Positions 9,551-18,979 of a stretch of DNA of 64,000 bases are shown here, piece after piece. The stretch's first letter is position 1. Every line of letters starts with the position of its first letter. Source of the DNA: Enterobacter phage ZX14; the sequence record PP236086.1, one strand, 5' to 3'. The position numbers were made by a program, and so were the translations under genes. The notes beneath the pieces were generated by a model that was not told the DNA's origin, did no database searches, and was given only the letters and a program-made list of their open reading frames with translations.

Positions 9551-10465
9551 TTACAGACCAGCTAACAGGTCATCAAGACCGTCGTCATCACCACCAGCTT
9601 GAACACCGGTATCGACTGAATCTTGTTTCTGAGGTTTAGACTCGAACTGTTTCATTTCTTCATCAAAACCGTCCAGCTCATCAGCACGCTGTTCAGCTTT
9701 AGCAGCTGCAGCTGCTGCACCACCACCCAGAGCGGCAGTACCCATTACCTTAGCAAATTTCTTCTGGTTGTCTTCGAAAGACTTAAATTTAGCCAGCTCT
9801 TGCAGGTCACCCATGTCGTCCATCAATTTCTTCTGAACAGCTTCGTCATCGATACCTGGAATTTCTGACTGGTTCAGGAATTTGGAGTCATCGTAGTTTT
9901 TGAAACCACCGACCATTTTGCATTTCAGTGCAAAGTTAGCACCTTCATAGACACAAGTCACGTCAATCGGAGTTTCACCAATCTCAGTATCGACTTCAAC
10001 CATCTGGTTAATTTTGTCCATGATTTTCTGACCGAAACGGTATTTGAATACTTTACCTTCGTTAGCAGGAACAGCCGGGTCTTTAACAACCAGAATGTTA
10101 GCCCAGAAAGAAGTTTTACGTTTCAGCAGTTTGTATTCTTCAGGATTACTATTGAATGAATCGTTCTTAGTCAAGTGTTGGCACACTGGGCAAGAATCGA
10201 AATCACCGTGAGTAGAAGTACACGTTTCAATATACCATTGCCCATTTTTCTTAAAGCCGTGGTTTACCAGCTTCAGGAATGGAGATGGATTTTCTTCATT
10301 TTTTGAAGGTAAGAAACGGATTACTGCGCTACCGACACCATCTGTATCTTTCAGCTTCCATTCATTCTTATCATCGTCGTAAGATTTACCACCTTTCATT
10401 GCGGACAGTTGGGCTTGAAGCTGAGCGGGGTCTTTGCGTTTGAACATTTTATATACCTTATACAA
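9551..10465 (-). CDS. 32: single-stranded DNA-binding protein gp32
   Basis: 304 aa, MFKRK…LPSKNE…[15 protein letters not shown]…CPVCQ. Clear T4 gp32 homolog with the zinc-binding Cys/His subdomain. The acidic C-tail carries an extra Gly/Ala run. Confidence 0.95.
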   Translation of the reverse strand: MYKVYKMFKRKDPAQLQAQLSAMKGGKSYDDDKNEWKLKDTDGVGSAVIRFLPSKNEENPSPFLKLVNHGFKKNGQWYIETCTSTHGDFDSCPVCQHLTKNDSFNSNPEEYKLLKRKTSFWANILVVKDPAVPANEGKVFKYRFGQKIMDKINQMVEVDTEIGETPIDVTCVYEGANFALKCKMVGGFKNYDDSKFLNQSEIPGIDDEAVQKKLMDDMGDLQELAKFKSFEDNQKKFAKVMGTAALGGGAAAAAAKAEQRADELDGFDEEMKQFESKPQKQDSVDTGVQAGGDDDGLDDLLAGL

Positions 10466-10494
10466 TTATTAACAATTAACAGTTTTATTTACAT

Positions 10495-11121
10495 TTATGA
10501 GTATTTTAATTTAAGAAATTCAGAATCATTACTTGGAATCCATCCTTTCTTAAATTGTTTGACCATACTCTTGGCCGTTGTTTCACTAATATTTATACCG
10601 GATTTTATTAGACGTCGCCATCCACAATCACCGTATGTGTTATTAATTATAACATAATTGTCATAAGCAATATCACTAAGCTTCCAATCATCTGGATTTG
10701 CTCTGGAAGTTTTCCATGGGCGATAATCAGGACGATTCATATAATTTGAAGCTTTCATATTAGCTTGTACTTCAGGACGCTTAGCTGGATGTGAATCGCC
10801 GAAGACTCCAAATCCACCACCAGCGTAAACTAGATTAAAATAATCTTCATTATCTCGAGCAAGAACTTTAAGTTGTTCCTCACGTTCGACATTAATTATA
10901 TCATCTAATTCAGTTTCAGCAATTATATTAATTACAGGTCGTTCTTCTAACATTGCAATGTTAAATCGCTCTTGGGAACAAGATGACCAATATTCTTTAC
11001 CATGTGAATCAATTATAACACCGTTATCAAATAAGCAATTAGTTTTAGAACCAATGTATTTGAAAGGTTTTTGGCCATTCATCTGACGTTTAAGCCAGAT
11101 GAATTCATATACAATGTTCAA
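10495..11121 (-). CDS. putative GIY-YIG homing endonuclease (seg-like)
   Basis: The N-terminus IVYEFIW…(14 aa)…YIGSKT fits the GIY-(10-15)-YIG module. It sits at the 32/59 junction where T4 carries segG. Confidence 0.55.
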   Translation of the reverse strand: MNIVYEFIWLKRQMNGQKPFKYIGSKTNCLFDNGVIIDSHGKEYWSSCSQERFNIAMLEERPVINIIAETELDDIINVEREEQLKVLARDNEDYFNLVYAGGGFGVFGDSHPAKRPEVQANMKASNYMNRPDYRPWKTSRANPDDWKLSDIAYDNYVIINNTYGDCGWRRLIKSGINISETTAKSMVKQFKKGWIPSNDSEFLKLKYS

Positions 11122-11771
11122 TACTTACAACCTTTGATGGTTTCGATAAACAACTTACGAGCTTCATCCTTATCGATAATCAATATCTTACGGTAAGCCT
11201 CAAGTTTAGTCGAATACTTAGACCAAACAAGGTCATTTGTAGCCTCGTTATGTTTATCCACAATACCAAGGAAACTATCTAACAATAAGAACGTTTCGAA
11301 TGAAATCACATTCGATTGGAGGAGTTTAAAGATATAGCTCGATTGAACTTTATTATTATACTCAAATATTTCTGACAGCGCTTTTACTTCAACCTTTTGG
11401 CTAAAGTAATAGATGTTTTTGATATCATCTTTAAATTGTTCTTTTATACGTTTTAATCGACCGATATATTCACGGTAGAAAACGAGGGCGTCAGCATCAC
11501 TGATGTCGCCAATCCATGCATCTTGGTTAGCTACCAAGTTAGACATGAAAATGAGCGTGAGCTCTTTCAAAGTGTATTTATCACTTAATTTTTCGAAGAA
11601 ATATTTGTCACGTCGTTTTTGATACGCCGCATCAGAGACTCGCATGACCCAATTGTACTTAACAACATCGTAGCGCCCATTAAAGTGCTGTTTGATGGCT
11701 AAGTACAAAGTGTAGACACTCTTGCCATTGACCATGCGATTGTTGTTAGCGGGCATGCGAATTTTAATCAT
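11118..11771 (-). CDS. 59: helicase loader gp59
   Basis: 217 aa, near-identical to T4 gp59 (MIKIRMPA…KYNWVMRVSDAAYQKRRDKYFF…). Confidence 0.9.
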   Translation of the reverse strand: MIKIRMPANNNRMVNGKSVYTLYLAIKQHFNGRYDVVKYNWVMRVSDAAYQKRRDKYFFEKLSDKYTLKELTLIFMSNLVANQDAWIGDISDADALVFYREYIGRLKRIKEQFKDDIKNIYYFSQKVEVKALSEIFEYNNKVQSSYIFKLLQSNVISFETFLLLDSFLGIVDKHNEATNDLVWSKYSTKLEAYRKILIIDKDEARKLFIETIKGCKY

Positions 11772-12073
11772 AACAAGAAGTCCAGCGTATTTGTTTTCTG
11801 AGTACGACTAAATGAAGGACGAAGCATATGTTCGTCGATAGCTTCGTTTTTAATTTTATCAATTATACCCTGTGGAATGTATTTAGCAAACAACCCTTCT
11901 GGGATTGAATTTTCTTCAAGGAATAAAGTTGTCGCTTCAAGATAGCCTAATTCACCCTTGGCGACGATAGCTTCAATAGCGAACGCATTCTGTTGTTTAT
12001 CTAAACAAACATCAAGTGGTTCAACAGGGGCTTGTACAGCCCCATCAAAATCAGTTGTCGAAGACTGCGTCAT
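11768..12073 (-). CDS. 33: late transcription accessory protein gp33
   Basis: Start at MTQSSTT. The C-terminus …LRPSFSRTQKTNTLDFLL matches T4 gp33. The six-frame ORF extends further into dsbA. Confidence 0.8.
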   Translation of the reverse strand: MTQSSTTDFDGAVQAPVEPLDVCLDKQQNAFAIEAIVAKGELGYLEATTLFLEENSIPEGLFAKYIPQGIIDKIKNEAIDEHMLRPSFSRTQKTNTLDFLL

Positions 12074-12338
12074 ATAATTCCACCACTTCGGTTTTTTCAT
12101 CTTCAAAACGTTCACGAGTGCCTTTATGATACAGGGCAAACAGCTGATTGAACTTTTTACTATCTACGCCAAGTTCATCTTTAGCTTTAGTACGAAGTTC
12201 AGCGACTTCACCCATATAGCCTTCAGCTTTCAGTTTAGCATCTGATGCAGATTTAACCAGTTTGGCGAGCTCTTCGCCATGAGTATCAGGACAAAATTCA
12301 ACTTTCACTTTTTTAGCTTCTTTAGCCATTATATTCAC
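12051..12338 (-). CDS. dsbA: dsDNA-binding protein DsbA
   Basis: 95 aa. …HGEELAKLVKSASD…AKDELGVD…ALYHK…EVVELYDAVF matches T4 DsbA. Confidence 0.8.
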   Translation of the reverse strand: MNIMAKEAKKVKVEFCPDTHGEELAKLVKSASDAKLKAEGYMGEVAELRTKAKDELGVDSKKFNQLFALYHKGTRERFEDEKTEVVELYDAVFDN

Positions 12339-12339
12339 C

Positions 12340-13293
12340 TTAATAGAAGTCCTGCACGTGGGCAGTTAATTTAGAAAGACCAGACTTAACAAAGTAAGGA
12401 TATACTTTTGATTTAGCCGGCACTTGATAATTATTATAACGTTCCATGATTAAAGCAACAATATCATCTGGAATAGAATCCATATCGATGAGGAGTTGGT
12501 TTTCTTTGAAACGTTTAAACTGTTCTTCAGTCAGAAGTTTTTCCATCGCTTCGTCATCATAATAATTCAAAGCGAAGGCATCTAATTCCTTTGCTGTAGT
12601 CGATGGAGTACGTTCGCCGTCAACACGAGTCAACCAGAAATTACCACGAACTTTAATACTCGCAACGTTATCTTTCTTATCGCCTTTAATTACTTTAGTA
12701 ACACAATCCATGAGTGCATCGCCAGATTTGGTTTTGACCCATTTCTTCTGCATAGGAGACCACTGCTTAACACCAGGATATTTGTGAAGCTGTGTAAAGT
12801 CACCATCCGATGAAACGATTACACATGGATGTCCTAAAGATGTAAGATGTTTGATAAGCACAGCGATATGGTCATCCGCTTCAACCTTATCAATATTCAT
12901 TACAATATAAGGCATGTACTTTTCAAGTTCTTCAATAATGATATGCATTGCATTGAAGAGGCCTTCCCAGTCGAATGGTGAATCTTCACGGTCAACTTTA
13001 CGGTTTTTCTTATAATAAGAAGAATAATCGCGTCGCCAGTAGCCAGATTTACTGTTATCGACACAAACCACAAGATTTTGATAGCCTTGTTTCTTGAAGT
13101 CTTTTTTGTTTTTCTTGAGTGAATTCAGAACCAGATGTCGAAGCATCGCAGTGGTCACTCGAGGATATTTTGCCGCTTCACCAAATTCAGTAAAAGCTGC
13201 TGCCATGATAATCTGGCTGAAGTCCAGGAAGGCGAATCCTTCCTTTTCACGTTCGTCTTCAGGGAGTAAAAAATCTAATTCATTTAAAGCCAT
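12340..13293 (-). CDS. rnh: RNase H (5'-3' exonuclease, FEN-1 family)
   Basis: 317 aa. …VVCVDNSKSGYWRRDYSSYYKKNRK…SSDGDFTQLHKY…KGDKKDNVASIKVR matches T4 Rnh. Confidence 0.9.
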   Translation of the reverse strand: MALNELDFLLPEDEREKEGFAFLDFSQIIMAAAFTEFGEAAKYPRVTTAMLRHLVLNSLKKNKKDFKKQGYQNLVVCVDNSKSGYWRRDYSSYYKKNRKVDREDSPFDWEGLFNAMHIIIEELEKYMPYIVMNIDKVEADDHIAVLIKHLTSLGHPCVIVSSDGDFTQLHKYPGVKQWSPMQKKWVKTKSGDALMDCVTKVIKGDKKDNVASIKVRGNFWLTRVDGERTPSTTAKELDAFALNYYDDEAMEKLLTEEQFKRFKENQLLIDMDSIPDDIVALIMERYNNYQVPAKSKVYPYFVKSGLSKLTAHVQDFY

Positions 13294-13347
13294 ATGAACC
13301 TCTGTTCAGTTAGTTTACTCGTCTATAGTAACACATCCATGGGCAGC

Positions 13348-13355
13348 AATAAATA
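13348..13355 (+). promoter_or_regulatory. putative late promoter variant AATAAATA for gene 34
   Basis: AATAAATA, 33 nt upstream of the gp34 ATG. Confidence 0.35.
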
Positions 13356-13387
13356 GAATTATTACATCAAATGATAAAGGAAACACT

Positions 13388-16300
13388 ATGGCCGATTTAC
13401 TGAAACCTGCATTCCGTGCCACATCTGGTCTCGATGCTGCGGGTGAAAAAGTTATCAACGTAGCCAAGGCCGACTTCAATGTACTTGATGACGGCGTGAA
13501 CGTTGAATTCTTCATTGAAGAAAACACAATCCAGCAGTATGACCCTACGCGCGGGTATAAGAAAAATTTCGCTGTTATCTATGACAACCGTATCTGGACT
13601 TCAGTTCAGGCAATTCCGTCTCCAGCAGGTGCTTTCGTAGAACTTTATTGGAAAGCTGTTCGTACTGACCCTAAATGGGTAGAAATCGTCCAGCCAACTC
13701 ATTCCCTTAAATCAGGTGAATACGTTACTATCAACAGTGACGACCGTGCATGCACATTATCTTTACCGGCAACCCCACAAGATGGCGATACGATTGTAAT
13801 TAAAGATATCGGTACTAATGCCGGGTATCTTGAGCAGAAAATCCGTGCTACTAATCAATATATTATTCGCAATGGTGTTCAGGTTCAAGAAACTATTTTA
13901 ACTAAACGTAATTCATACAATATCCTGATTTATTCAGAACGTTTATGGCAGATGTATGAAACTGCAAATGAAGAGAGGGCCATCAGAGTTGTACCTGGTT
14001 CTCCTGTTCGTATTCTTGCAGGTGATTTAATTGCTCGTAGATATCCTACTGCAGGTGCAGTTCAATTAATTCTTCCTAAGTTTGCGAACGACGGCGATTT
14101 CATCAGAACTGTTGACGTTGATGGAATGGGTTCTGTATACCATTTAATAATTAGCACTTTTGATAACACATCATCAATTGGCAAAGCCGGTACGACCTCC
14201 ATGGAATTCCGTACTTCAGGCCATGGTATGCTAATTTATTCCGCTGCCGACAAATTATGGCGTGTTTGGGATGCTGATTTACGAACCCGTCTTCGTATTA
14301 TCAGAGATAACGTTAAGCTTCTGCCGAACGAATCAGTTATCGTCTTTGGTGAAAATAACAGTAATATCCAGACTATTACTCTTGATATGCCTACGGATGT
14401 AGCTATCGGTGATACTGTTAAAATTGCACTGAACTATCTTCGTAAAAACCAGACTGCAGTTATTCGTGTTGCACAAGGTTCTACCGATAAAATTTTAACT
14501 GATATTAAACTTCTTCAGTTCCCTAAACGTTCAGAGTATCCGCCTGATGCGACCTGGGTTTCTGTATCTTCATTGACTTTCAATGGTGATATCAGTTATA
14601 CTCCGGTAATTGAATTCAGCTATACCGAAGATAATGGCGTAGGTGTTTGGGTTATTGCCCAGAACGTTCCGACTGTAGAACGTGTAGACCCATTAAATGA
14701 TGCAACTCGTAAACGTCTTGGTGTAATTGCTCTGGCAAGCCAGGCTGAAGCCAACGTTGATAGAGAAAACAACCCTGTTAAAGAACAGGCAATTACTCCT
14801 GAAACTTTAGCTAACCGTGTTGCTACTGAAGCACGTCGTGGTATTGCTCGTATTGCCACCACAGCACAAGTCAACCAGATTACTGAATTTGCATTCCAAG
14901 ACGATCTCATTATTTCTCCTAAGAAATTAAATGAGAAACAAGCGACTGAAACAATGCGTGGTCTTGCTGAAATTGCAACTCAGGTTGAAACTGATGCTGG
15001 TACAGACGATGCTCGTATCGTTACTCCTAAAAAGCTTAATGATCGTAAAGCAACTGAATCGTTAACCGGTATTGCTAAACTTGTTTCTACTGTAGGTACT
15101 GCAAAAGGTTCTTCTAGAGCCGTAATGGGAACTAACGTTTATAATAAAAACAATAATACCGATATTGTTACTCCTAAATCTTTAAATCAGTTGAAAGGCG
15201 AATATGAAGACCAAGGTCTGTTCTATTCTGCTACTGAAGCTGAAGTTATTTCTGGGACTGTAACTGCAGGATTTGAAAACGTTGCTGTAACGCCTATTGA
15301 ATTACATAAGAAAACTGCTACTGAAGGAAGGATTGGTTTCTCTGAAATTGCTACGCAAGTCGAGACCGACGCTGGTACTGATGATTTCCGTTTCATTACT
15401 CCTAAAAAGCTTAATGATCGTAAAGCAACACAAACTCTTACTGGTATTGCTCGTATTGCAACTCAAACAGAATTTGATGCTGGTACATTAGATAATGTTA
15501 TTTCAACTCCGTTGAAAATTAAAACTAGATTTAATGATACTGCTAGAACATCTGTTATCCCGGCCAGTGGTTTAGTAGAAACAGGGACCTTATGGGACCA
15601 TTATACACTTGATATCAAGGAAGCAAGTGAGACTCAACGTGGCACACTGAAATTAGCAACCCAGGCATTAACTGATGCTGGTGTAGATGATACGACTGCT
15701 GTAACCCCACTGAAACTTCAGAAGAAAAAAGCGACTGAAAGTACCGAAGGTATTATCCAAATCGCTACTCAGGCTGAAACTGTTGCAGGTGCTGTAGGCA
15801 ATAAAGCTGTAGTTCCTGTTCATCTGAAATATGTAGTCCAACAAGAAAAATCTTGGGAAGCAACTCCTTTACGTCGTGGCTTTGTTAAAATGACTGAAGG
15901 TCCTTTAACTTGGGCTGGTAATAATGTTAAAGGTTCTATTGAAAACCAAGAAACATTCTTGAAAGATGGTTATGCTGTTTCTCCATACGAAATGAACTTG
16001 GCTCTGTCTCATTATCTCCCAATTAGCGCTAAGGCTGTTGATTCGGATAAATTAGACGGCCTGGATTCACTCCAGTTCATTCGTCGTGATGTAGACCAAA
16101 CCATTAATGGTGTTATGACCTTCAAGAAGGACGTAATCCTGGAAGCCCCTCTGCTCTCTACAAGCACTGCAGATTTTGCTGGTACTTTAGAAGCTAATGG
16201 ATTGACCTCTACTAATGGTGATTTCGCTATTGTAAATGGAACTAACAAATGGAAATTCACTGCTGGGTTAAATGGAACTACATTAGTAATTGGTGATACG

Positions 16301-17131
16301 ACTAACGTCTTGACCATGAATACGGCCTCCGGAAACGTTGCTGTGCTGAATAATGTTTCTGCCGGTAATAATGTTTCCGCTAAGACTTCTTATATTCTGA
16401 ATAGCCGTGAAGTTATTACAAGCAATGCTTCTAACGTAGTTATTGGTGACGCAACTAATGGTATGTCCTTACGTTCTAAAGATGCTGGTAATATCATCGC
16501 AGTTGATGATACTCCATTAGGAAGCCAATATCGTGTCTTGACTGAAAAGAACGTTAAAGAAATTGTTGACCGTGATTTCGTTAAGAAATCTGGTGATACT
16601 ATGGGTGGTAAATTAACGGTTGAAGCTCCAGTTCTCCCACAGATTTCTGAAGCTAAAGCTATGGCTCCTTTAACCGTTGATACAGTAGGTTTCTGGATGG
16701 CAAATATCACAACTCCATCAGTATATCAGCAATTACCAGGTTATGCTATTCCTGAATTTGCTACTAACGACCAAGGTAACCCTTACGTTGATTCTTATAC
16801 GTATAAGCCTGCTCCTGGTCTGATGACTTGTTCTGGTGTTTCAATTGACAATATCTATCGTACTTGGACCCCTCGTCCGGTTGGTGTTGCTGATAACGAA
16901 AACGCCCTTACTCAGTACATCAGTATTTGGGACGTTGCTCGTGGTGTATGGGGTGAATGGTCTCGTGTGTTAACTTCTCAGTTGCCACCGACTCCATCAG
17001 AAATTGGTGCTGTTGCTTCTTCAGGTTCAGCGTTCAACAACTTGAGAATTCGTGATTGGCTGCAAATCGGCAACGTTCGTATAGAGCCAGACCAAGCAAC
17101 GCAGACCGTTAAATTCACTTGGATTCCATAA
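13388..17131 (+). CDS. 34: long tail fibre proximal subunit gp34
   Basis: 1247 aa. The N-terminus and many blocks match T4 gp34. Contains internal fibre repeats of about 40 aa. Confidence 0.95.
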   Translation: MADLLKPAFRATSGLDAAGEKVINVAKADFNVLDDGVNVEFFIEENTIQQYDPTRGYKKNFAVIYDNRIWTSVQAIPSPAGAFVELYWKAVRTDPKWVEIVQPTHSLKSGEYVTINSDDRACTLSLPATPQDGDTIVIKDIGTNAGYLEQKIRATNQYIIRNGVQVQETILTKRNSYNILIYSERLWQMYETANEERAIRVVPGSPVRILAGDLIARRYPTAGAVQLILPKFANDGDFIRTVDVDGMGSVYHLIISTFDNTSSIGKAGTTSMEFRTSGHGMLIYSAADKLWRVWDADLRTRLRIIRDNVKLLPNESVIVFGENNSNIQTITLDMPTDVAIGDTVKIALNYLRKNQTAVIRVAQGSTDKILTDIKLLQFPKRSEYPPDATWVSVSSLTFNGDISYTPVIEFSYTEDNGVGVWVIAQNVPTVERVDPLNDATRKRLGVIALASQAEANVDRENNPVKEQAITPETLANRVATEARRGIARIATTAQVNQITEFAFQDDLIISPKKLNEKQATETMRGLAEIATQVETDAGTDDARIVTPKKLNDRKATESLTGIAKLVSTVGTAKGSSRAVMGTNVYNKNNNTDIVTPKSLNQLKGEYEDQGLFYSATEAEVISGTVTAGFENVAVTPIELHKKTATEGRIGFSEIATQVETDAGTDDFRFITPKKLNDRKATQTLTGIARIATQTEFDAGTLDNVISTPLKIKTRFNDTARTSVIPASGLVETGTLWDHYTLDIKEASETQRGTLKLATQALTDAGVDDTTAVTPLKLQKKKATESTEGIIQIATQAETVAGAVGNKAVVPVHLKYVVQQEKSWEATPLRRGFVKMTEGPLTWAGNNVKGSIENQETFLKDGYAVSPYEMNLALSHYLPISAKAVDSDKLDGLDSLQFIRRDVDQTINGVMTFKKDVILEAPLLSTSTADFAGTLEANGLTSTNGDFAIVNGTNKWKFTAGLNGTTLVIGDTTNVLTMNTASGNVAVLNNVSAGNNVSAKTSYILNSREVITSNASNVVIGDATNGMSLRSKDAGNIIAVDDTPLGSQYRVLTEKNVKEIVDRDFVKKSGDTMGGKLTVEAPVLPQISEAKAMAPLTVDTVGFWMANITTPSVYQQLPGYAIPEFATNDQGNPYVDSYTYKPAPGLMTCSGVSIDNIYRTWTPRPVGVADNENALTQYISIWDVARGVWGEWSRVLTSQLPPTPSEIGAVASSGSAFNNLRIRDWLQIGNVRIEPDQATQTVKFTWIP
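14780..15560 (+). repeat. tandem fibre repeats of about 40 aa within gp34
   Basis: Repeated …TPKKLNDRKATE..GIA.IATQ.E.DAGTDD… units, at least five copies. Coordinates approximate. Confidence 0.6.
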
Positions 17132-17139
17132 GAGGTAAT

Positions 17140-18258
17140 ATGGAAAAATATATGGCTGGCTTTGGACAGGGATTTGTCCAAGCCACTATTCTATCTGAAA
17201 ATAATGCGGTGAAATACCGCATTAGTGCTTCTGGAAGTTGCACTAAAAGTACAGTCCGTCCTTACATAAAAGTCCAGGACCAGCCTATTTCTATATTAGT
17301 GCGTCCTGGGCTTAATGTTTACATTTTTAATACAACTACTTTAGCTATTGAAGAAACCAAAAACTATATGTTTACAAAAGAAGCATCTTCTAGTAATGAG
17401 GCCTTCGTAACATATATGGAATCTCTTCCGGCTGGCAAGCTAGCTATAATGTTGTCTGAAGGAAAGCTTAATACTGATGATGCTTTAGTTTCATGGTTTA
17501 AATCTAGAAACTCTACGGCTTGGCCTTCTAAATTTGATATCACTAATTTTGATGCGGCTTATACGGCGTTCTATATGACGTCTAAGGCAACTATCACATC
17601 AGAACATGTAATATTCAACGATGGGGTTAAAAATGAAGCTGTAGAGCCCCTGATTGACGTAGTGTATGATTATTACTCTGACATAGGAGCCACCGGTTTT
17701 CCTAAGAGAATATTTGAATTTGCCGAAGAAGCGAGACCGACTGAAACTGGTTTAGCAATAATTAGGCTTCCTACTACAGATTTGCAAACACCTTTAGCTG
17801 ATTATAATCTTAAAAGTGGTGATGTGGTTTATTTTAAATTGCAGCTTCTTATAGATACAACCGATCCATCAGGAATTCCGGCCGGGACTACTCGTGCATC
17901 AGTTAGATTTTTTAATGAGACCACTTTAGTTAGTGATACTACTATAGAAGCCAACATATTAAATTTAGGCGAATGGCAATTATTCGAAAGGGATATAACT
18001 ATTCCTGAAGGAGCTACAAGCTTTACGGTGTATGTGTCTCGACAGAATACAAATGATATTGCTGCCGCTAGAAATTTAGTTATGACTGAAACTTCTAGAT
18101 ACCGATATCCTTTGATGCGTGCATCAGAATTTGGTGTCAATGGTATCAGAAACAACGTATTGATGGAAGATGTTCCGAACGATGAGCTTCTTATTCTTAA
18201 GAATACAGATGCTGATGACCGCGGCATTGTTCGAAGTGCAGAGTTTCGTGAGGTATAA
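17140..18258 (+). CDS. 35: tail fibre hinge protein gp35
   Basis: Start at MEKYMAGFGQG, matching T4 gp35 MEKFMAEFGQG. AGAGGT Shine-Dalgarno. Overlaps the gp34 stop. Confidence 0.9.
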   Translation: MEKYMAGFGQGFVQATILSENNAVKYRISASGSCTKSTVRPYIKVQDQPISILVRPGLNVYIFNTTTLAIEETKNYMFTKEASSSNEAFVTYMESLPAGKLAIMLSEGKLNTDDALVSWFKSRNSTAWPSKFDITNFDAAYTAFYMTSKATITSEHVIFNDGVKNEAVEPLIDVVYDYYSDIGATGFPKRIFEFAEEARPTETGLAIIRLPTTDLQTPLADYNLKSGDVVYFKLQLLIDTTDPSGIPAGTTRASVRFFNETTLVSDTTIEANILNLGEWQLFERDITIPEGATSFTVYVSRQNTNDIAAARNLVMTETSRYRYPLMRASEFGVNGIRNNVLMEDVPNDELLILKNTDADDRGIVRSAEFREV

Positions 18259-18276
18259 GGGCTTCGGCCCTTTTTT
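18259..18276 (+). terminator. rho-independent terminator after gene 35
   Basis: GGGCTTCGGCCC (UUCG tetraloop) followed by TTTTTT. Confidence 0.7.
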
Positions 18277-18278
18277 GG

Positions 18279-18286
18279 TATAAATA
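18279..18286 (+). promoter_or_regulatory. late promoter TATAAATA for gene 36/37
   Basis: Exact TATAAATA, 25 nt upstream of the gp36 ATG, immediately after a terminator. Confidence 0.6.
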
Positions 18287-18310
18287 CGGCTATACTTTAA
18301 GGAGAATACT

Positions 18311-18970
18311 ATGGCCGATTTAAAAGCTGGCACTACTATAGGTGGAGCGATTGCCTGGCACCAAGGCAATTTTCCTCTAAAGGCAGTTACAGATGATGTC
18401 TACTACAAAGACTACAAAATTTATACGACTTACAATAAACCTCAGGCTATAGATAACGACTTCGTTTCTAAAGCTCAAGGCGGTGCTTATTTAAAACCTG
18501 TCGACTTTATCGAAGGATTAAATATACTTGATAAAGCAGGTTATAAAATAAAATTCGGAATAAACAATGCTGGCTCAACGCCTATGCATGCTTATTCCGC
18601 TTCTATTAGAATTAAAGATTCACTTGCAATCGAAACTGATTCGGGCCAACCATTTATTTTATTTGATCCTAGTACTGATATGGCAAAAGCCAGATTAACA
18701 GTAATGGGGAATATTTTAGCAAGATATATTAATGACGAGAGTGGACGTGTATTCTCTCCAGGGAACCCTCCTACTCCAACTGATGTATCACTTGGTAATG
18801 TCACGAACGACGCTCAGGTTAAGGTAGCCTTCACAGGATTGCAAACTATGGCGGGTCCTTTGGCTTCACCTAATTTAATTTCGTTGAACCCGGCCTCTTT
18901 GCCAGAACATGTGCCTCGTCTTTCTCAGGTCATTGTTAAGGGTACAATTATCGATTTTGGAACTTTCTAA
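18311..18970 (+). CDS. 36: tail fibre protein gp36
   Basis: 219 aa. Preceded by a terminator, a TATAAATA late promoter and an AAGGAGA Shine-Dalgarno. Confidence 0.9.
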   Translation: MADLKAGTTIGGAIAWHQGNFPLKAVTDDVYYKDYKIYTTYNKPQAIDNDFVSKAQGGAYLKPVDFIEGLNILDKAGYKIKFGINNAGSTPMHAYSASIRIKDSLAIETDSGQPFILFDPSTDMAKARLTVMGNILARYINDESGRVFSPGNPPTPTDVSLGNVTNDAQVKVAFTGLQTMAGPLASPNLISLNPASLPEHVPRLSQVIVKGTIIDFGTF

Positions 18971-18979
18971 GAAGGTTAT

